From: Bythopirellula sp.
Lineage (GTDB): Bacteria; Planctomycetota; Planctomycetia; Pirellulales; Lacipirellulaceae
DNA length: 64,000 nt
Assembly: GCA_965216565.1 (NCBI GenBank)
Contig: OZ244170.1
Span: forward strand, 3,712,001-3,776,000
Direction: 5' to 3'
Shown here: piece by piece, positions 1 to 9,940 of the stretch
How the letters are laid out: every line of letters starts with the position of its first letter
Position numbering within the stretch: position 1 is the stretch's first letter
The notes under the pieces: generated by a model
Told to the model about the DNA's origin: nothing
Databases searched by the model: none
What the model saw: only the letters and a program-made list of their open reading frames with translations
Translations under genes and position numbers: made by a program

Positions 1-445
1 AGCCGCAGAGATTTTGGCCGATAAGTACGACATCGCGAGCGATATTTGGAGTGTCACCAGCTACACCCAACTCCGACGCGATGCCCAAGAATGCGAACGC
101 TGGAACATGCTGAACCCCGGCAAGAAACCGCGTCGCTCGTACTTGCAAGAACAGATGGAGGGCCGCGAGGGTCCGACCATCGCCGCTTCCGACTATGTGC
201 AAGCGTTGGCCGAGCAGTTGATGCCTTGGATTGAAGGCGGTTACACGGTTCTCGGTACCGACGGTATGGGACGTAGTGAATCGCGCGAAGCGCTGCGGCG
301 TCACTTCGAAGTCGATGCCGAGTGCATCACGATTGCCACACTCTACCAACTCAGCAAGCTCGGCAAGGTAGATGCCAAGGTGGTTACCAAAGCAATCAAA
401 GACTTGGGAGTCGACCCCGAAAAACCCTCGGCACTGTTCGCATAA
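1..445 (+). CDS. aceE: Pyruvate dehydrogenase E1 component, C-terminal part (5' truncated by window edge)
   Basis: WSVTSY, AASDY and LGTDGMGRSESREALRRHFEVD match the AceE C-terminus; followed by E2. Confidence 0.93.
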   Translation, partial: AAEILADKYDIASDIWSVTSYTQLRRDAQECERWNMLNPGKKPRRSYLQEQMEGREGPTIAASDYVQALAEQLMPWIEGGYTVLGTDGMGRSESREALRRHFEVDAECITIATLYQLSKLGKVDAKVVTKAIKDLGVDPEKPSALFA

Positions 446-514
446 AGCCAAGACCGAATGCACTGCCGACGAGTACACAAGAGAGACGTAACGAGATCTA
501 GTCGAATCTAAGAA

Positions 515-604
515 TGTTTGAACAGAAGAAAACAAAGAAAACAGAGAAGCGATGATTAGCTCCTTTCCGGCTTCTCGGTTACCACTGTTTACTCCTGTTC
601 AACA
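515..604. repeat. Hairpin with 9-nt periodic arms (AACAGAAGA-type)
   Basis: TTGAACAGAAGAAAACAAAGAAAACAGAGAAGC ... GCTTCTCGGTTACCACTGTTTACTCCTGTTCAA; related copy at 13150-13225. Confidence 0.75.
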
Positions 605-643
605 AATCCCCACGATCCATTTGTAAGAACGTCAAAGCAAGAA

Positions 644-2038
644 ATGGCCACACAAATAACACTGCCCAACTTGGGCGAGAATATCGATTCGGGCGACATT
701 TTATCGATCCTTGTTTCCGAGGGCGAAAGCGTCACCGCCGATCAGGACTTGATCGAGATTGAAACCGACAAAGCCACCATGCCGGTGCCTAGTCCCCAAG
801 CGGGCACGATCGTCAAACTTCTAGTGAGCGAAGGCGACACGCTGGAAGTTGGCGCCCCGTTTGCTGAAATCGATGCCTCCGGTGAAGCACCTGCTGCAGC
901 GCCCGCGGCCCAAGAGGAACCTGCGAAGGAGCCTGAACCAGAGCCCGAACCAGAACCGCAGGCCAAGGCAGAACCGGAACCGGATTCCGAGCCGACTCCA
1001 CCGCCCGCAAAAAGTCCGGCACCTGCCGCAAAGCAGCCTGCTGCTGAAGTTACGCCCCCTTCAGCAGTGCCACCCAAAAAAGTCGCCACCACGCCTTCGC
1101 CCGCTTCTGATCGCGATTTACCGGGCGATGGTCACTCGGCCGCCGCTGCTGGGCCCGCCGTGCGACGCTTGGCTCGCGAACTTGGCGTCGATCTTCGCAG
1201 TGTCCAACCTAGCAGCACTTCCGGCCGCCTCACCGAAGACGATGTCCGAGCCCACGTTCGGCATCGCAACGAGCTAGTCGACGCTGCCCCTTCCGCAGCT
1301 GTCACGCCTCCTGGCAGGCCCGATACCGATGGTGCCGGAGCAGTGCGACGAGAGAAAATGTCTCGCATGCGGCAGACCATCGCGCGGAATATGATGCAAT
1401 CGTATTCCACAATTCCTCAGCTCACCAATTTCGACGACGTCGATGTCACCGAGCTAGAACGAATTCGCAAAGATAGCAAAGAAGACTACGCCTCTCAGGG
1501 CATTAAGCTCACGGCAATGCCTTTTTTGATTAAGGCGATTGCCGCTTCGCTCAAGCATCATCCGCTGTTGAATGCTTCGATTGATGAAGAAGCGAATGAA
1601 ACGATCTACAAGGAATACGTAAATATCGGAATTGCGGTCGATACCGAAAAAGGTCTGCTGGTACCTGTTCTGCGGGATGCAGACCGCAAAAACATTCCGC
1701 AGATAGCACGCGACCTCGCCAACCTGGCAGAGTCGGCACGCGATGGAACCTTTACGGTCGACGACCTCCGCGGTGGAACATTTACGATTAGTAACTTGGG
1801 CGCCGTGGGCGGCACTTATTCCACGCCGATTATCAATCCACCTGAGGTCGCCATCTTGCTTGCTGGTCGCAGTCGCATTATGCCACAGTATGTCGAGGGG
1901 CAGTTGGAACCTCGGCTGATGATGCCTCTTTCGATCACTTACGATCATCGCATTGTCGACGGCGCGGCAGCGGCCCGATTCCTCAACGAGGTCAAAGGCT
2001 TTCTGGCCAATCCAGGTCGGCTTTTGCTAGCTCCATGA
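644..2038 (+). CDS. aceF: Dihydrolipoamide acetyltransferase (2-oxoacid dehydrogenase E2)
   Basis: One lipoyl domain (IETDKAT), Pro/Ala/Glu linker, E3-binding domain (PAVRRLARELGVDL), catalytic DHRIVDG. Confidence 0.92.
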   Translation: MATQITLPNLGENIDSGDILSILVSEGESVTADQDLIEIETDKATMPVPSPQAGTIVKLLVSEGDTLEVGAPFAEIDASGEAPAAAPAAQEEPAKEPEPEPEPEPQAKAEPEPDSEPTPPPAKSPAPAAKQPAAEVTPPSAVPPKKVATTPSPASDRDLPGDGHSAAAAGPAVRRLARELGVDLRSVQPSSTSGRLTEDDVRAHVRHRNELVDAAPSAAVTPPGRPDTDGAGAVRREKMSRMRQTIARNMMQSYSTIPQLTNFDDVDVTELERIRKDSKEDYASQGIKLTAMPFLIKAIAASLKHHPLLNASIDEEANETIYKEYVNIGIAVDTEKGLLVPVLRDADRKNIPQIARDLANLAESARDGTFTVDDLRGGTFTISNLGAVGGTYSTPIINPPEVAILLAGRSRIMPQYVEGQLEPRLMMPLSITYDHRIVDGAAAARFLNEVKGFLANPGRLLLAP

Positions 2039-3201
2039 GTAGGCCTCGAATAAACTACCTGCAAGTGGTATTGGTCCCGTTGCTGATCTGGCAACTGCAC
2101 TGGGTTACCTTGGAGAGCAGTGTGGGCGAGCAGTTCGATGTCTGGGTGGGCACAACACGTCACGAGCAAACCGAGAGCAAGGGAATTTACCACGCTCGGT
2201 TCGATGCCGAGAAAGGCCGCCTGACGAAGCCCACCTTGGTCGCCGAGATCGAAAGCCCCGGATTCCTGACGCTCGATCCAACCGAAAGCATTCTCTACGC
2301 AACGGGCCGACAGCACGAAAGCGATTCGCTCTCTGCCTATCGCATCGGCCGCAAGAATCAAGCCACACGTCTCGTGCTCATCAACTCTCAGCCGATCGGC
2401 GATGGCGGGGCCGCCCACCTGGCCACCGACCGCACAGGAAAACTCTTGTTATCCGCCCAATATGGCGGCGGGTCGCTGGCTGTGTTTCCTCTCAAAGAGG
2501 ATGGCAGCATTGGCAAACGCACTCAACTTTTGAAGCACAAAGGCGGATCGGGAATTGTCGCCAAACGCCAAGAGGCACCGCACCCACACTGGGTTGGTAC
2601 GTCTCCCAATAATCGCTTTGCCTTTGTTCCCGATCTGGGTCTCGATCGCGTCGTGATCTACCGAATAGACGACACCAACTCCCAACTCACGCGCCATGGC
2701 GAAGGAGTCGCCCCCGCGGGCGCCGGTCCCCGACACATGAAGTTCCACCCCAACGGCAAGTTCATCTACCTGCTCAATGAATTGGCCCTCTCCGTCACTG
2801 TGTTTACCTACGACGTAGAGCAAGGGACGATGACCCCGATTCAAACGATTCCCACACTTTCGAAGGAAGCGAAAGCAAAGGAACCGTTTGTCAGCGCATC
2901 GGAAATCCGCGTTCATCCGTCGGGCGACTTTGTATACGCCGCAACGCGGGGTCACGATTCGATTACCGTGTTTCGAACACAAGCGGACGGCAAACTGAAA
3001 CTCGTCGAAATCGAACCGGTCCGGGGAAGCTGGCCGCGGAATTTCAATCTCGACCCCACCGGCAAATGGCTCGTCGTTGCCGGCAGAGATAGCAACACCC
3101 TCTCCGTGTTTGCGATCGACCCCTCTTCTGGCGAGCTTAGCTACTCTGGCCACACTGCCCCAGTTCCGAATCCTATCTGCGTATTATTCGGCAAGCCGTG
3201 A
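2035..3201 (+). CDS. Lactonase family beta-propeller (6-phosphogluconolactonase-like), probably exported
   Basis: RQEAPHPH, PDLGLD, GAGPRHMKFHP and PRNFNLDPTG motifs; hydrophobic N-terminus; ATGA overlap with aceF. Confidence 0.85.
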   Translation: MSRPRINYLQVVLVPLLIWQLHWVTLESSVGEQFDVWVGTTRHEQTESKGIYHARFDAEKGRLTKPTLVAEIESPGFLTLDPTESILYATGRQHESDSLSAYRIGRKNQATRLVLINSQPIGDGGAAHLATDRTGKLLLSAQYGGGSLAVFPLKEDGSIGKRTQLLKHKGGSGIVAKRQEAPHPHWVGTSPNNRFAFVPDLGLDRVVIYRIDDTNSQLTRHGEGVAPAGAGPRHMKFHPNGKFIYLLNELALSVTVFTYDVEQGTMTPIQTIPTLSKEAKAKEPFVSASEIRVHPSGDFVYAATRGHDSITVFRTQADGKLKLVEIEPVRGSWPRNFNLDPTGKWLVVAGRDSNTLSVFAIDPSSGELSYSGHTAPVPNPICVLFGKP

Positions 3202-3413
3202 TTCATTGCCGACGAGAGCAAGAACTTAGCCCTTTTCAACGTTCTGTGAGAAAGCTCACACCTCGGTGAAATTTCTCTGAATCTTGGCTGCAAACGGTGG
3301 AAAGTTGGCCAAAATCGCGTTACACCATAGGACGCGATTGACCTAGGCCTACCGCGCTGACGGTCCACCCGCAATCAATGGCCAACTACCACGATTCCGC
3401 GAGGTACAGAACG

Positions 3414-4712
3414 ATGAAGAGCTCTACAAATCGCAAACCGACACAGCACATGGAAACTCTCGAAAGCCGCCGCATGTTGGCAGGTGATGTCGCCGTGTTC
3501 GACAACTTTACCGACACGCTATTCATCAATGGCGATGCGGAAGCCAATTCGCTGCTTATCGAAGGAACTGGCAACGCCGACGAGATCCGTATCACGGGCT
3601 TACCTACCTCAGGCGGCGCAACCACAGTTAATGGTCAGGCCTCAATCACTGTGGAGCTAATTGATTTCGACCGAGTGATCGAACTGATCCAATCTGACTT
3701 GGGAGCAGGGGACGACTCGGTTTTCTTTGAAAATGCCACTATCCAAACCAACATCGATATCGACACCGGCGCAGGGAACGACGACATAGAGTTCACCGTC
3801 ACCCAAGTCCGCGGCTTCGTTGCTATTGTGGGCGATGGCGTTGACGACTTTACGCTCGATACGTTTCACGCAGTTGACGACGTTTCTTTCCGCGTCGAAC
3901 AGGTGGGAGTTGCCGACGTCAATGATGCAAGAATCTTTGGCAATCTGAACATTGCCTCCACGGGCCGTAACAATTCGGCTACCGATTGGGTGAATGTGAC
4001 CAACTCCGACATTGTCGGTGGCGACATCATGATCACCACCGACAAAGCGGGACGTGCCTGGGTCACCGATTCCACCGCCACAGGTGTGTCCATCATGGCA
4101 CTGCGGGGCGGCGACGCCGACTACAATGTCGAAGCCAGTACGATAGGCAGTCTCTCGATGAGCACGCGCGGCGGGAACGACTCGCTGCACATTGGCTCAA
4201 ACGACATCTCAGGCTCCGTGACCGTCCTGTCGCGGGGTGGAAATGATGACATCACCTTCGACAACGTCGATATCGGCGGTGCCGTCGATGTGCAGTCGGG
4301 TGGCGGCAACGACAATCTATTTGCTGACCAGGGCACCTGGGGAGACACCAGCATCAAGACGAACTCAGGTGACGACAATGTCACTGTGTTCGATACCACG
4401 TTCACTGCTTCCCTGCTGATCAACACGGCGCGCGGCGAAGACGAATTGCTGGTATCGAATATCTCCGTCGACGGAGATGTCGATCTAATCGGCGGGCGTG
4501 ACGAGGACGTCTTTGAGGTGGTCTTCGGCGACATCGGTGCTGATTTGAACATCCGCATGGGTAGCGGCAACGACGAACTGACTGTCAGGAACAATACGGT
4601 CGGCGAATCGGCCCTCTGGGATGGACAGAGCGGGATCGACACCCTGATCGACGACGGCAGCAACGTCATTGGCGATGCCCTGACGATTCTCAATTTCGAG
4701 AATGTCATTTGA
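3414..4712 (+). CDS. Planctomycete extracellular protein with acidic Gly-Gly-Asn-Asp repeats
   Basis: ETLESRRMLAGD leader motif; about 22-aa repeats such as SRGGNDDITF and SGGGNDNLF; start re-chosen. Confidence 0.75.
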   Translation: MKSSTNRKPTQHMETLESRRMLAGDVAVFDNFTDTLFINGDAEANSLLIEGTGNADEIRITGLPTSGGATTVNGQASITVELIDFDRVIELIQSDLGAGDDSVFFENATIQTNIDIDTGAGNDDIEFTVTQVRGFVAIVGDGVDDFTLDTFHAVDDVSFRVEQVGVADVNDARIFGNLNIASTGRNNSATDWVNVTNSDIVGGDIMITTDKAGRAWVTDSTATGVSIMALRGGDADYNVEASTIGSLSMSTRGGNDSLHIGSNDISGSVTVLSRGGNDDITFDNVDIGGAVDVQSGGGNDNLFADQGTWGDTSIKTNSGDDNVTVFDTTFTASLLINTARGEDELLVSNISVDGDVDLIGGRDEDVFEVVFGDIGADLNIRMGSGNDELTVRNNTVGESALWDGQSGIDTLIDDGSNVIGDALTILNFENVI

Positions 4713-4717
4713 GATCG

Positions 4718-5146
4718 TTAGCTATCTTTGATCGGTAACGATTCAACATATTTGCGGATCTCGTCGCGGACGCGTCGATAGGCAGCGATTGCTTCCTCCT
4801 CTGTGGTGGCGTCGCGCGCTAATCGCGGTGGGTCGTCGAAGGGATGGTGGACCACCTGCGCTGCACCCGAAAACACCGGGCACGATTCCGCCGCGTTGTC
4901 GCAGACCGTCACCACATAGTCGAACTCGATGCCTGAGAGCTCATCGACGTGCTGCGATTTCTGCCCGGAAATATCCACACCGGCTTCGGCCATCACGGCG
5001 ACCGCGGATTCGTTGAGTCCGTGGGTTTCAATTCCGGCGGAGTAGACGTCGACAACATCGGCTTTCAAGTGCCGTGCCCAACCCTCAGCCATCTGACTGC
5101 GGCACGAATTGCCCGTGCAGAGAAAAAGAATTTTTTGTCGGCTCAT
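4718..5146 (-). CDS. arsC: Arsenate reductase, thioredoxin-type (LMW-PTP fold)
   Basis: CTGNSCRSQMAEG P-loop, TVC..A.E.CP and FDDP motifs. Confidence 0.88.
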   Translation of the reverse strand: MSRQKILFLCTGNSCRSQMAEGWARHLKADVVDVYSAGIETHGLNESAVAVMAEAGVDISGQKSQHVDELSGIEFDYVVTVCDNAAESCPVFSGAAQVVHHPFDDPPRLARDATTEEEAIAAYRRVRDEIRKYVESLPIKDS

Positions 5147-5149
5147 TTT

Positions 5150-5236
5150 GGATGTCCAGAGTGGTGAGTCGAGTGTCCAGGGTCAAGTAAGTAGTTGTAG
5201 TAACTCTAGTCACTGGTCTCTAGTCTCTAAGCCTCA
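5150..5236. repeat. Degenerate heptamer-arm hairpin (GTCnAGA / nCTCTnG family)
   Basis: TGTCCAG AGTGGTG AGTCGAG TGTCCAG GGTCAAG ... ACTCTAG TCACTGG TCTCTAG TCTCTAA. Confidence 0.6.
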
Positions 5237-5273
5237 TGATTTCCTGTTGTTGCACGGGTAGCGGGCAGCTAAG

Positions 5274-6665
5274 ATGCCCGGCATGAATCGCCCTGTACGC
5301 CAGGCCCCTCTCGATACGGGGCCGCTTTGCCATACGCAAAAACTTTTGCCCAACTCGCGGCAAGATCTAATTGTCATCGCGCTATTGCTGCTCCTCTCTT
5401 GGTATTTGCGGTCCCTCTATCAAACCGAGTCAACCACCGACCAGCCTCTGCGGGCGGATGCAGGAAGATACGCCAGAACCGCATTCAACCTGCACGTTCA
5501 CGGCGCGTTTTCCAAAGAGCCTCCTTCACGTGAAGTTCCACAATCCCGCACCGATCTCGCCCCAGGATACCCACTTTTTTTGACGTTGTTCCTAGAGCCT
5601 ACCGATCAGGACCCTGGCTGGTATTTGGATTTGGATCAAGTCCGCGCCTGGCAGGCAATCATCGGTAGCGCCGTGGTGCTTCTCACCTATTTGCTTGCGC
5701 GGCAGTTCCTTGCGCTTGGCTGGGCTGTGGTTGTAGGCGTTCTCACATGCGCTAGCCCCCACTTGATTGTCATTAGCGACTATGTGCTGACCGAGAGCTT
5801 ATTCATGCTAGTGATGATGAGCGGCTTCCTGCTGGCTACGTTCGCCTTGCGACGCGCACAGCTAGGGTTCCTGTTCGCCGCGAGTTTTCTCATCGCGTTG
5901 TCGGCCGAAGTGCGTTACATCGCCCTCGCCATGCCGTTGTGTCTCGTGCCGTTGGTGTTTATGTGGCCCCAAGTTAAGGAGGGTGCCGCAACTCGATCAC
6001 GAGTTGCAGTGTTCGCAACAATCTTGGCAGCGGTTGGTTGTGTTCAATTGCTGCACGCAGGGTTTCAGCAGCGGACCCTGGCCAATGCTCCCGACAGCGA
6101 CCAATCTGCCCCCGAGCACTTTCGGCCTAGGTCTCCTTGGGAATATCTTAGCCGAACCGTCCGGCCACCCAGCTATTACGTGGCCGGGGAAAGCCACATC
6201 TCCTCTCAAAATCCCAACCCGCAACAATCACTGAAACGCACCGAGGTGAACCTCTCGGATGCCCCACTCGCCTACATTCGTTGGAACACGTACGGCCGCC
6301 TCTTAGTGAACTGGCATTTCGATAACGCTTACAACGGCGATGTCTATCTCTACCCCATGCTGCGAAAAGGATTTGAGGAGCATCCAGGGCTGCAAATCGT
6401 ACATCGCACGATGCGGCTATTGCACTGGCCCCTGCTGGCGCTGTCTCTAGCTGGCCTGATACTGCTCGCCGTGCAAACTTGGCGAGGCAACCTAACATTG
6501 GAATCCCAAATGGCGTGGCTCCCAGCCCTGGGAATGGGCTACTTCATCGCGGTACTGACGCTACTCGCCTGGCTGCCACGCTACTCAATCCCCGCACGAC
6601 CGTTCGTTTACCTGATGGCAGGATTCTGCATCGCAAGTCTAATTCGCAAGTCCCCTCAGGACTAA
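5274..6665 (+). CDS. Polytopic membrane glycosyltransferase, GT-C fold (ArnT/PMT-like)
   Basis: DAGRY acidic loop after TM1, PGYPLFL, LTESLF and C-terminal PRY motifs; many TM segments. Confidence 0.7.
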   Translation: MPGMNRPVRQAPLDTGPLCHTQKLLPNSRQDLIVIALLLLLSWYLRSLYQTESTTDQPLRADAGRYARTAFNLHVHGAFSKEPPSREVPQSRTDLAPGYPLFLTLFLEPTDQDPGWYLDLDQVRAWQAIIGSAVVLLTYLLARQFLALGWAVVVGVLTCASPHLIVISDYVLTESLFMLVMMSGFLLATFALRRAQLGFLFAASFLIALSAEVRYIALAMPLCLVPLVFMWPQVKEGAATRSRVAVFATILAAVGCVQLLHAGFQQRTLANAPDSDQSAPEHFRPRSPWEYLSRTVRPPSYYVAGESHISSQNPNPQQSLKRTEVNLSDAPLAYIRWNTYGRLLVNWHFDNAYNGDVYLYPMLRKGFEEHPGLQIVHRTMRLLHWPLLALSLAGLILLAVQTWRGNLTLESQMAWLPALGMGYFIAVLTLLAWLPRYSIPARPFVYLMAGFCIASLIRKSPQD

Positions 6666-6715
6666 GCAGTAGCAGACAAGATTGCAGGCAAAGCAAATCA
6701 CTAAAGTCCGCAACA

Positions 6716-6789
6716 TAGCCGGAGGCACACTTGCCTCCAGAGTCCTACGAACCGCCCACCACAGCGGGTAGACAGTGGCGGTCCGGCTA
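6716..6789. repeat. 74-bp MITE/REP-like element, TAGCCGGA family (copy 1)
   Basis: Terminal IR TAGCCGGA...TCCGGCTA; closely similar to 42214-42287 and to the reverse complement of 38980-39052. Confidence 0.9.
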
Positions 6790-6850
6790 TCAAACGTCTA
6801 TATCTAATCTTCCGCACCTAGTCTTCGGGCTGACTTTAGAAACCCATCGT

Positions 6851-7939
6851 CTAGCGAAAGCCCTCGATCGGAAAGCAAAACAGCGGAATCAGCAGCGACG
6901 CCAACCCTATGGCCCACCGCCACGGCCCCAGCTTGACCTTGTCGTTTGCCGTTGGCGGATGGTGGATTCCCATTAATATCACTAGCACCAACATCGGCGT
7001 CCACATGACGGCATGCTCGAGATTGATGACGACATAGAAAATCGTCAGTGATAAAAACCAACGTGCCAGCGTGTGGGCTCTTTTCAAGAACAGAGCATAA
7101 ATGGTATGCCCTCCGTCCAGTTGACTAATCGGCAGCATGTTGAGTCCTGTAATCAACATCCCGACCCAACCGGCCATGAAGAAGGGATTGAGTTGAGACA
7201 AACCAATCCACTGCTGGTCGGCCCACTGAGGATGGGCCCGCTCGAGCATCATCTGCCCAATCCAAGGCATGTAAAGTTGAAACTCATCGACGGCCGCGGG
7301 GCGCGATAAATCGAGGTCGACGATCCCCCACCACAACACAGGGATGGCCACCACCAGCCCCGCCACGGGACCTGCAATACCGATGTCGAATATCTGGCGT
7401 CGATCGGCCCGCGTACCATCCATCCCAATCACCGCGCCCATCGTACCGATGGCATTGAACGGAATGGGAATACACAGCGGATAGCTCGCCGGGATGCGGT
7501 GTCTGACCGTTTGCAAAAAGTGGCCCATCTCGTGGGTGAGCAAGATGGCCAGCACAGCCACCATGTACTGCAAACCTGTTTGCCAATTGTTGGCCACCGT
7601 GTGCCACATCACCGCCGAGTTGCTAAGGAATTCTTCTTCCAACGGGGCCCAATGAGTGGTTCCCACCCAAAACGTCGACACGCAAGTCGCCAAAAAAAGC
7701 ACAATCGGCAGGAATGTATTCCGCTGGGGTCGAAAATGCAGATCCGACACCGTCAATTCCGGGGAGCTGGAGAAAGCCGGGTCGTCGTACGACCTGTCCT
7801 TCGGCACCGTGCGCCGCGGTTGTTTCTCGGCAGCGGGCAGTCCGGTCGGTGGAGGATCCGTCGACGGAGTTTGCGGGGGGACGGGGACGGCCGATGAAGG
7901 GTTGGGGCCGTCTGGTCGGGGGGGAACCTCGGTGCTCAT
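6851..7939 (-). CDS. Site-2 protease (peptidase M50)
   Basis: HEMGH, IAGPVAG and NMLPISQLDGGH motifs. Confidence 0.92.
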   Translation of the reverse strand: MSTEVPPRPDGPNPSSAVPVPPQTPSTDPPPTGLPAAEKQPRRTVPKDRSYDDPAFSSSPELTVSDLHFRPQRNTFLPIVLFLATCVSTFWVGTTHWAPLEEEFLSNSAVMWHTVANNWQTGLQYMVAVLAILLTHEMGHFLQTVRHRIPASYPLCIPIPFNAIGTMGAVIGMDGTRADRRQIFDIGIAGPVAGLVVAIPVLWWGIVDLDLSRPAAVDEFQLYMPWIGQMMLERAHPQWADQQWIGLSQLNPFFMAGWVGMLITGLNMLPISQLDGGHTIYALFLKRAHTLARWFLSLTIFYVVINLEHAVMWTPMLVLVILMGIHHPPTANDKVKLGPWRWAIGLASLLIPLFCFPIEGFR

Positions 7940-8009
7940 TGATTAATCATAGCACAGCACGCCGGGCCGAGAACAGGTGAATGCACATAGGACAACCCAA
8001 GTCGGGCCA

Positions 8010-9668
8010 TCACAGCAGTTCGATGCTCTTCACCCCATTCGCATGACTCGACTGCGCCGCGGACAAACATCGCTCAGCAGCATGCAACAAGTCGGGCGGA
8101 TGAAAATTCTTTGGAGGCAGTGTCACGGAGGAGATGCCGACACTAATCGAAAAATAGAATTCATTGTTCTGAATGGCAAGATCGCACGTTTTCTCTTCCA
8201 AAGCACCGATCAACTGATTGGCCACACGCACGGTGAGATGCCGTTCGTAATTCGGCATCAGCAATAGCCATTTGTGCGAACCAAGCTTTACGATTTTCAC
8301 TTGCTCAAGCTCCTGGCACTCTTCGTGCAGCATCAGCTCAAGCTGCTTGCGCTCCTGCTCCGGTTGGTTCTCGCTACATTCGATATCAATTAGCATCACG
8401 CTCAGTGGACACCGGCGCGATCGACAAGATCCAACCGCCAGGGTTAGTTGCTTAGGAAAATCGGCCAAGCCGTTACTCTCAGCGACCCCACTTTTTGCTA
8501 TCTCTGGCGACGACTCGGGGCCGCCTCCACCAAAACTAAGATCGGAGGCTTGCGCTAAGTCCGCGGTCGGAGCAGAAGCAGTCGGCTGGCCTGCATCTGC
8601 CGGGGCAATCAGCTCATTGGCAGCGTCTTGCAACTCTAAGGCGGCTGCCAGCACTTCGTCGTATTCGCGCTCTTCAGTATTCGATGGCGAGCTAAGCGGC
8701 GTAGGGAATTCTTCGCACAGCAGCGCCATCTCCTGGTGCGCTTGCACGACGATTTGTTCGTAGGACGTATTCTGCTCGAGATTCAAATTCAGCACATCCG
8801 CCAATTGCTCCACTTTTTCTTGCAGAGGTGGAAGCAAATCGTGAAGAGCGTCCTTATCGAATCCGCAGTAGGCTTCCCCGGCAGTCAGCAATTCCGGCAA
8901 GGCTTGAATCCGATTCTGCCCCACCAAATCGCCAAGCAATCCCGCGAGGTGTAAGACCTTGGCCAAGTCGACAACCGCATCGCCCTTGGCGATGGCGGCC
9001 AGTTTCCGATGGTCCATGGAAATCGCTTGAACCAGTAGCTCTGGCAAATTCCAACGACGCAGTAGTGCCGATGTTAGAGTTTGGTGATCGAACCCGAGAG
9101 ACTGCACTTCCAGCTCGCCCAAATCGGAACGGTTCTCCAACACACGTCCGAGAAACTGGGCATAGGGCACGCGGAGCTGATCGAGCAGCACCAGCACTCC
9201 AATGTCTTGCAACAATCCAGCCAAAAAGGCTTCGTCACCGTCGCTGTTCCAATATTGTTGGCTCAATTCCCGAGCAGCCACGGCACGCACGAGCGACGAC
9301 TTCCAATACCAGACAAGCTGCTCTCGAGCCACTCCGGCAAATAGCTCTTCAGGCAAGCTGAATCCCAGCACCAACAGCTTTAACGGTTTTGTTCCCAGTA
9401 GGGCTAACGCTTGATTGAGATCATTCACTTCGCGGCTCAAACCAAACAGCGAACTATTCACCACCTTGAGCAGTTTCGCGGTGAGTGCCGGATCGTTTTC
9501 GATACAGTTTTTTAGTTCCGTGGCATCCACCTGCGGATTGCTCGTCAATCGCACGACCTCCATCGCCACAGCAGGCAACGAGTAGAGCGATTTGGTGCGG
9601 TCGACGATGGTCGCCACCGTGGTCGGCGGATTGGCTTCGCGAGGGGGTGTAGCAAGCTGGGTATCCAT
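8010..9668 (-). CDS. HDOD domain protein with degenerate C-terminal GGDEF-like domain
   Basis: LYSLPAVA, DPALTAKLLKVVNSS, FLAGLLQDIG; C-terminal LSVMLIDI...SISVGIS...AAERCL but no GGDEF. Confidence 0.85.
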   Translation of the reverse strand: MDTQLATPPREANPPTTVATIVDRTKSLYSLPAVAMEVVRLTSNPQVDATELKNCIENDPALTAKLLKVVNSSLFGLSREVNDLNQALALLGTKPLKLLVLGFSLPEELFAGVAREQLVWYWKSSLVRAVAARELSQQYWNSDGDEAFLAGLLQDIGVLVLLDQLRVPYAQFLGRVLENRSDLGELEVQSLGFDHQTLTSALLRRWNLPELLVQAISMDHRKLAAIAKGDAVVDLAKVLHLAGLLGDLVGQNRIQALPELLTAGEAYCGFDKDALHDLLPPLQEKVEQLADVLNLNLEQNTSYEQIVVQAHQEMALLCEEFPTPLSSPSNTEEREYDEVLAAALELQDAANELIAPADAGQPTASAPTADLAQASDLSFGGGGPESSPEIAKSGVAESNGLADFPKQLTLAVGSCRSRRCPLSVMLIDIECSENQPEQERKQLELMLHEECQELEQVKIVKLGSHKWLLLMPNYERHLTVRVANQLIGALEEKTCDLAIQNNEFYFSISVGISSVTLPPKNFHPPDLLHAAERCLSAAQSSHANGVKSIELL

Positions 9669-9797
9669 GCAATTGGCCGGTCTTGGGAGCAAGGGCTAAA
9701 TAGGCGTCTCTTCGAGTCGCGCGCAGATTGCGGCGCCAAAGTATAGCTCGCGATTGCTAACCGGGACGCCGTTGCTAGCACAATCGTCACAACCGGT

Positions 9798-9852
9798 TAG
9801 CCGGAGGCACACGTTCCTCCGCTGTGCCTTGGACCGCATGGCAGTCCGGCTA
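9798..9852. repeat. TAGCCGGA family element, internally shortened (copy 2)
   Basis: TAGCCGGAGGCACACGTTCCTCCG...GCAGTCCGGCTA. Confidence 0.85.
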
Positions 9853-9940
9853 GGGGATACTCAGCTTCTTAATGCACTAGGGGAATTGCTAGGCGGGTGG
9901 TTAGAATATCGCCCTTACGGAACACGGATTGGGAGCTCCT

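Noticed and set aside
920..995. GAACCn tandem repeats in aceF
   Set aside because: They encode the ordinary Glu-Pro linker of E2.
4718..5146. Arsenic resistance island
   Set aside because: Lone arsC with no arsR, acr3/arsB or mobility genes.
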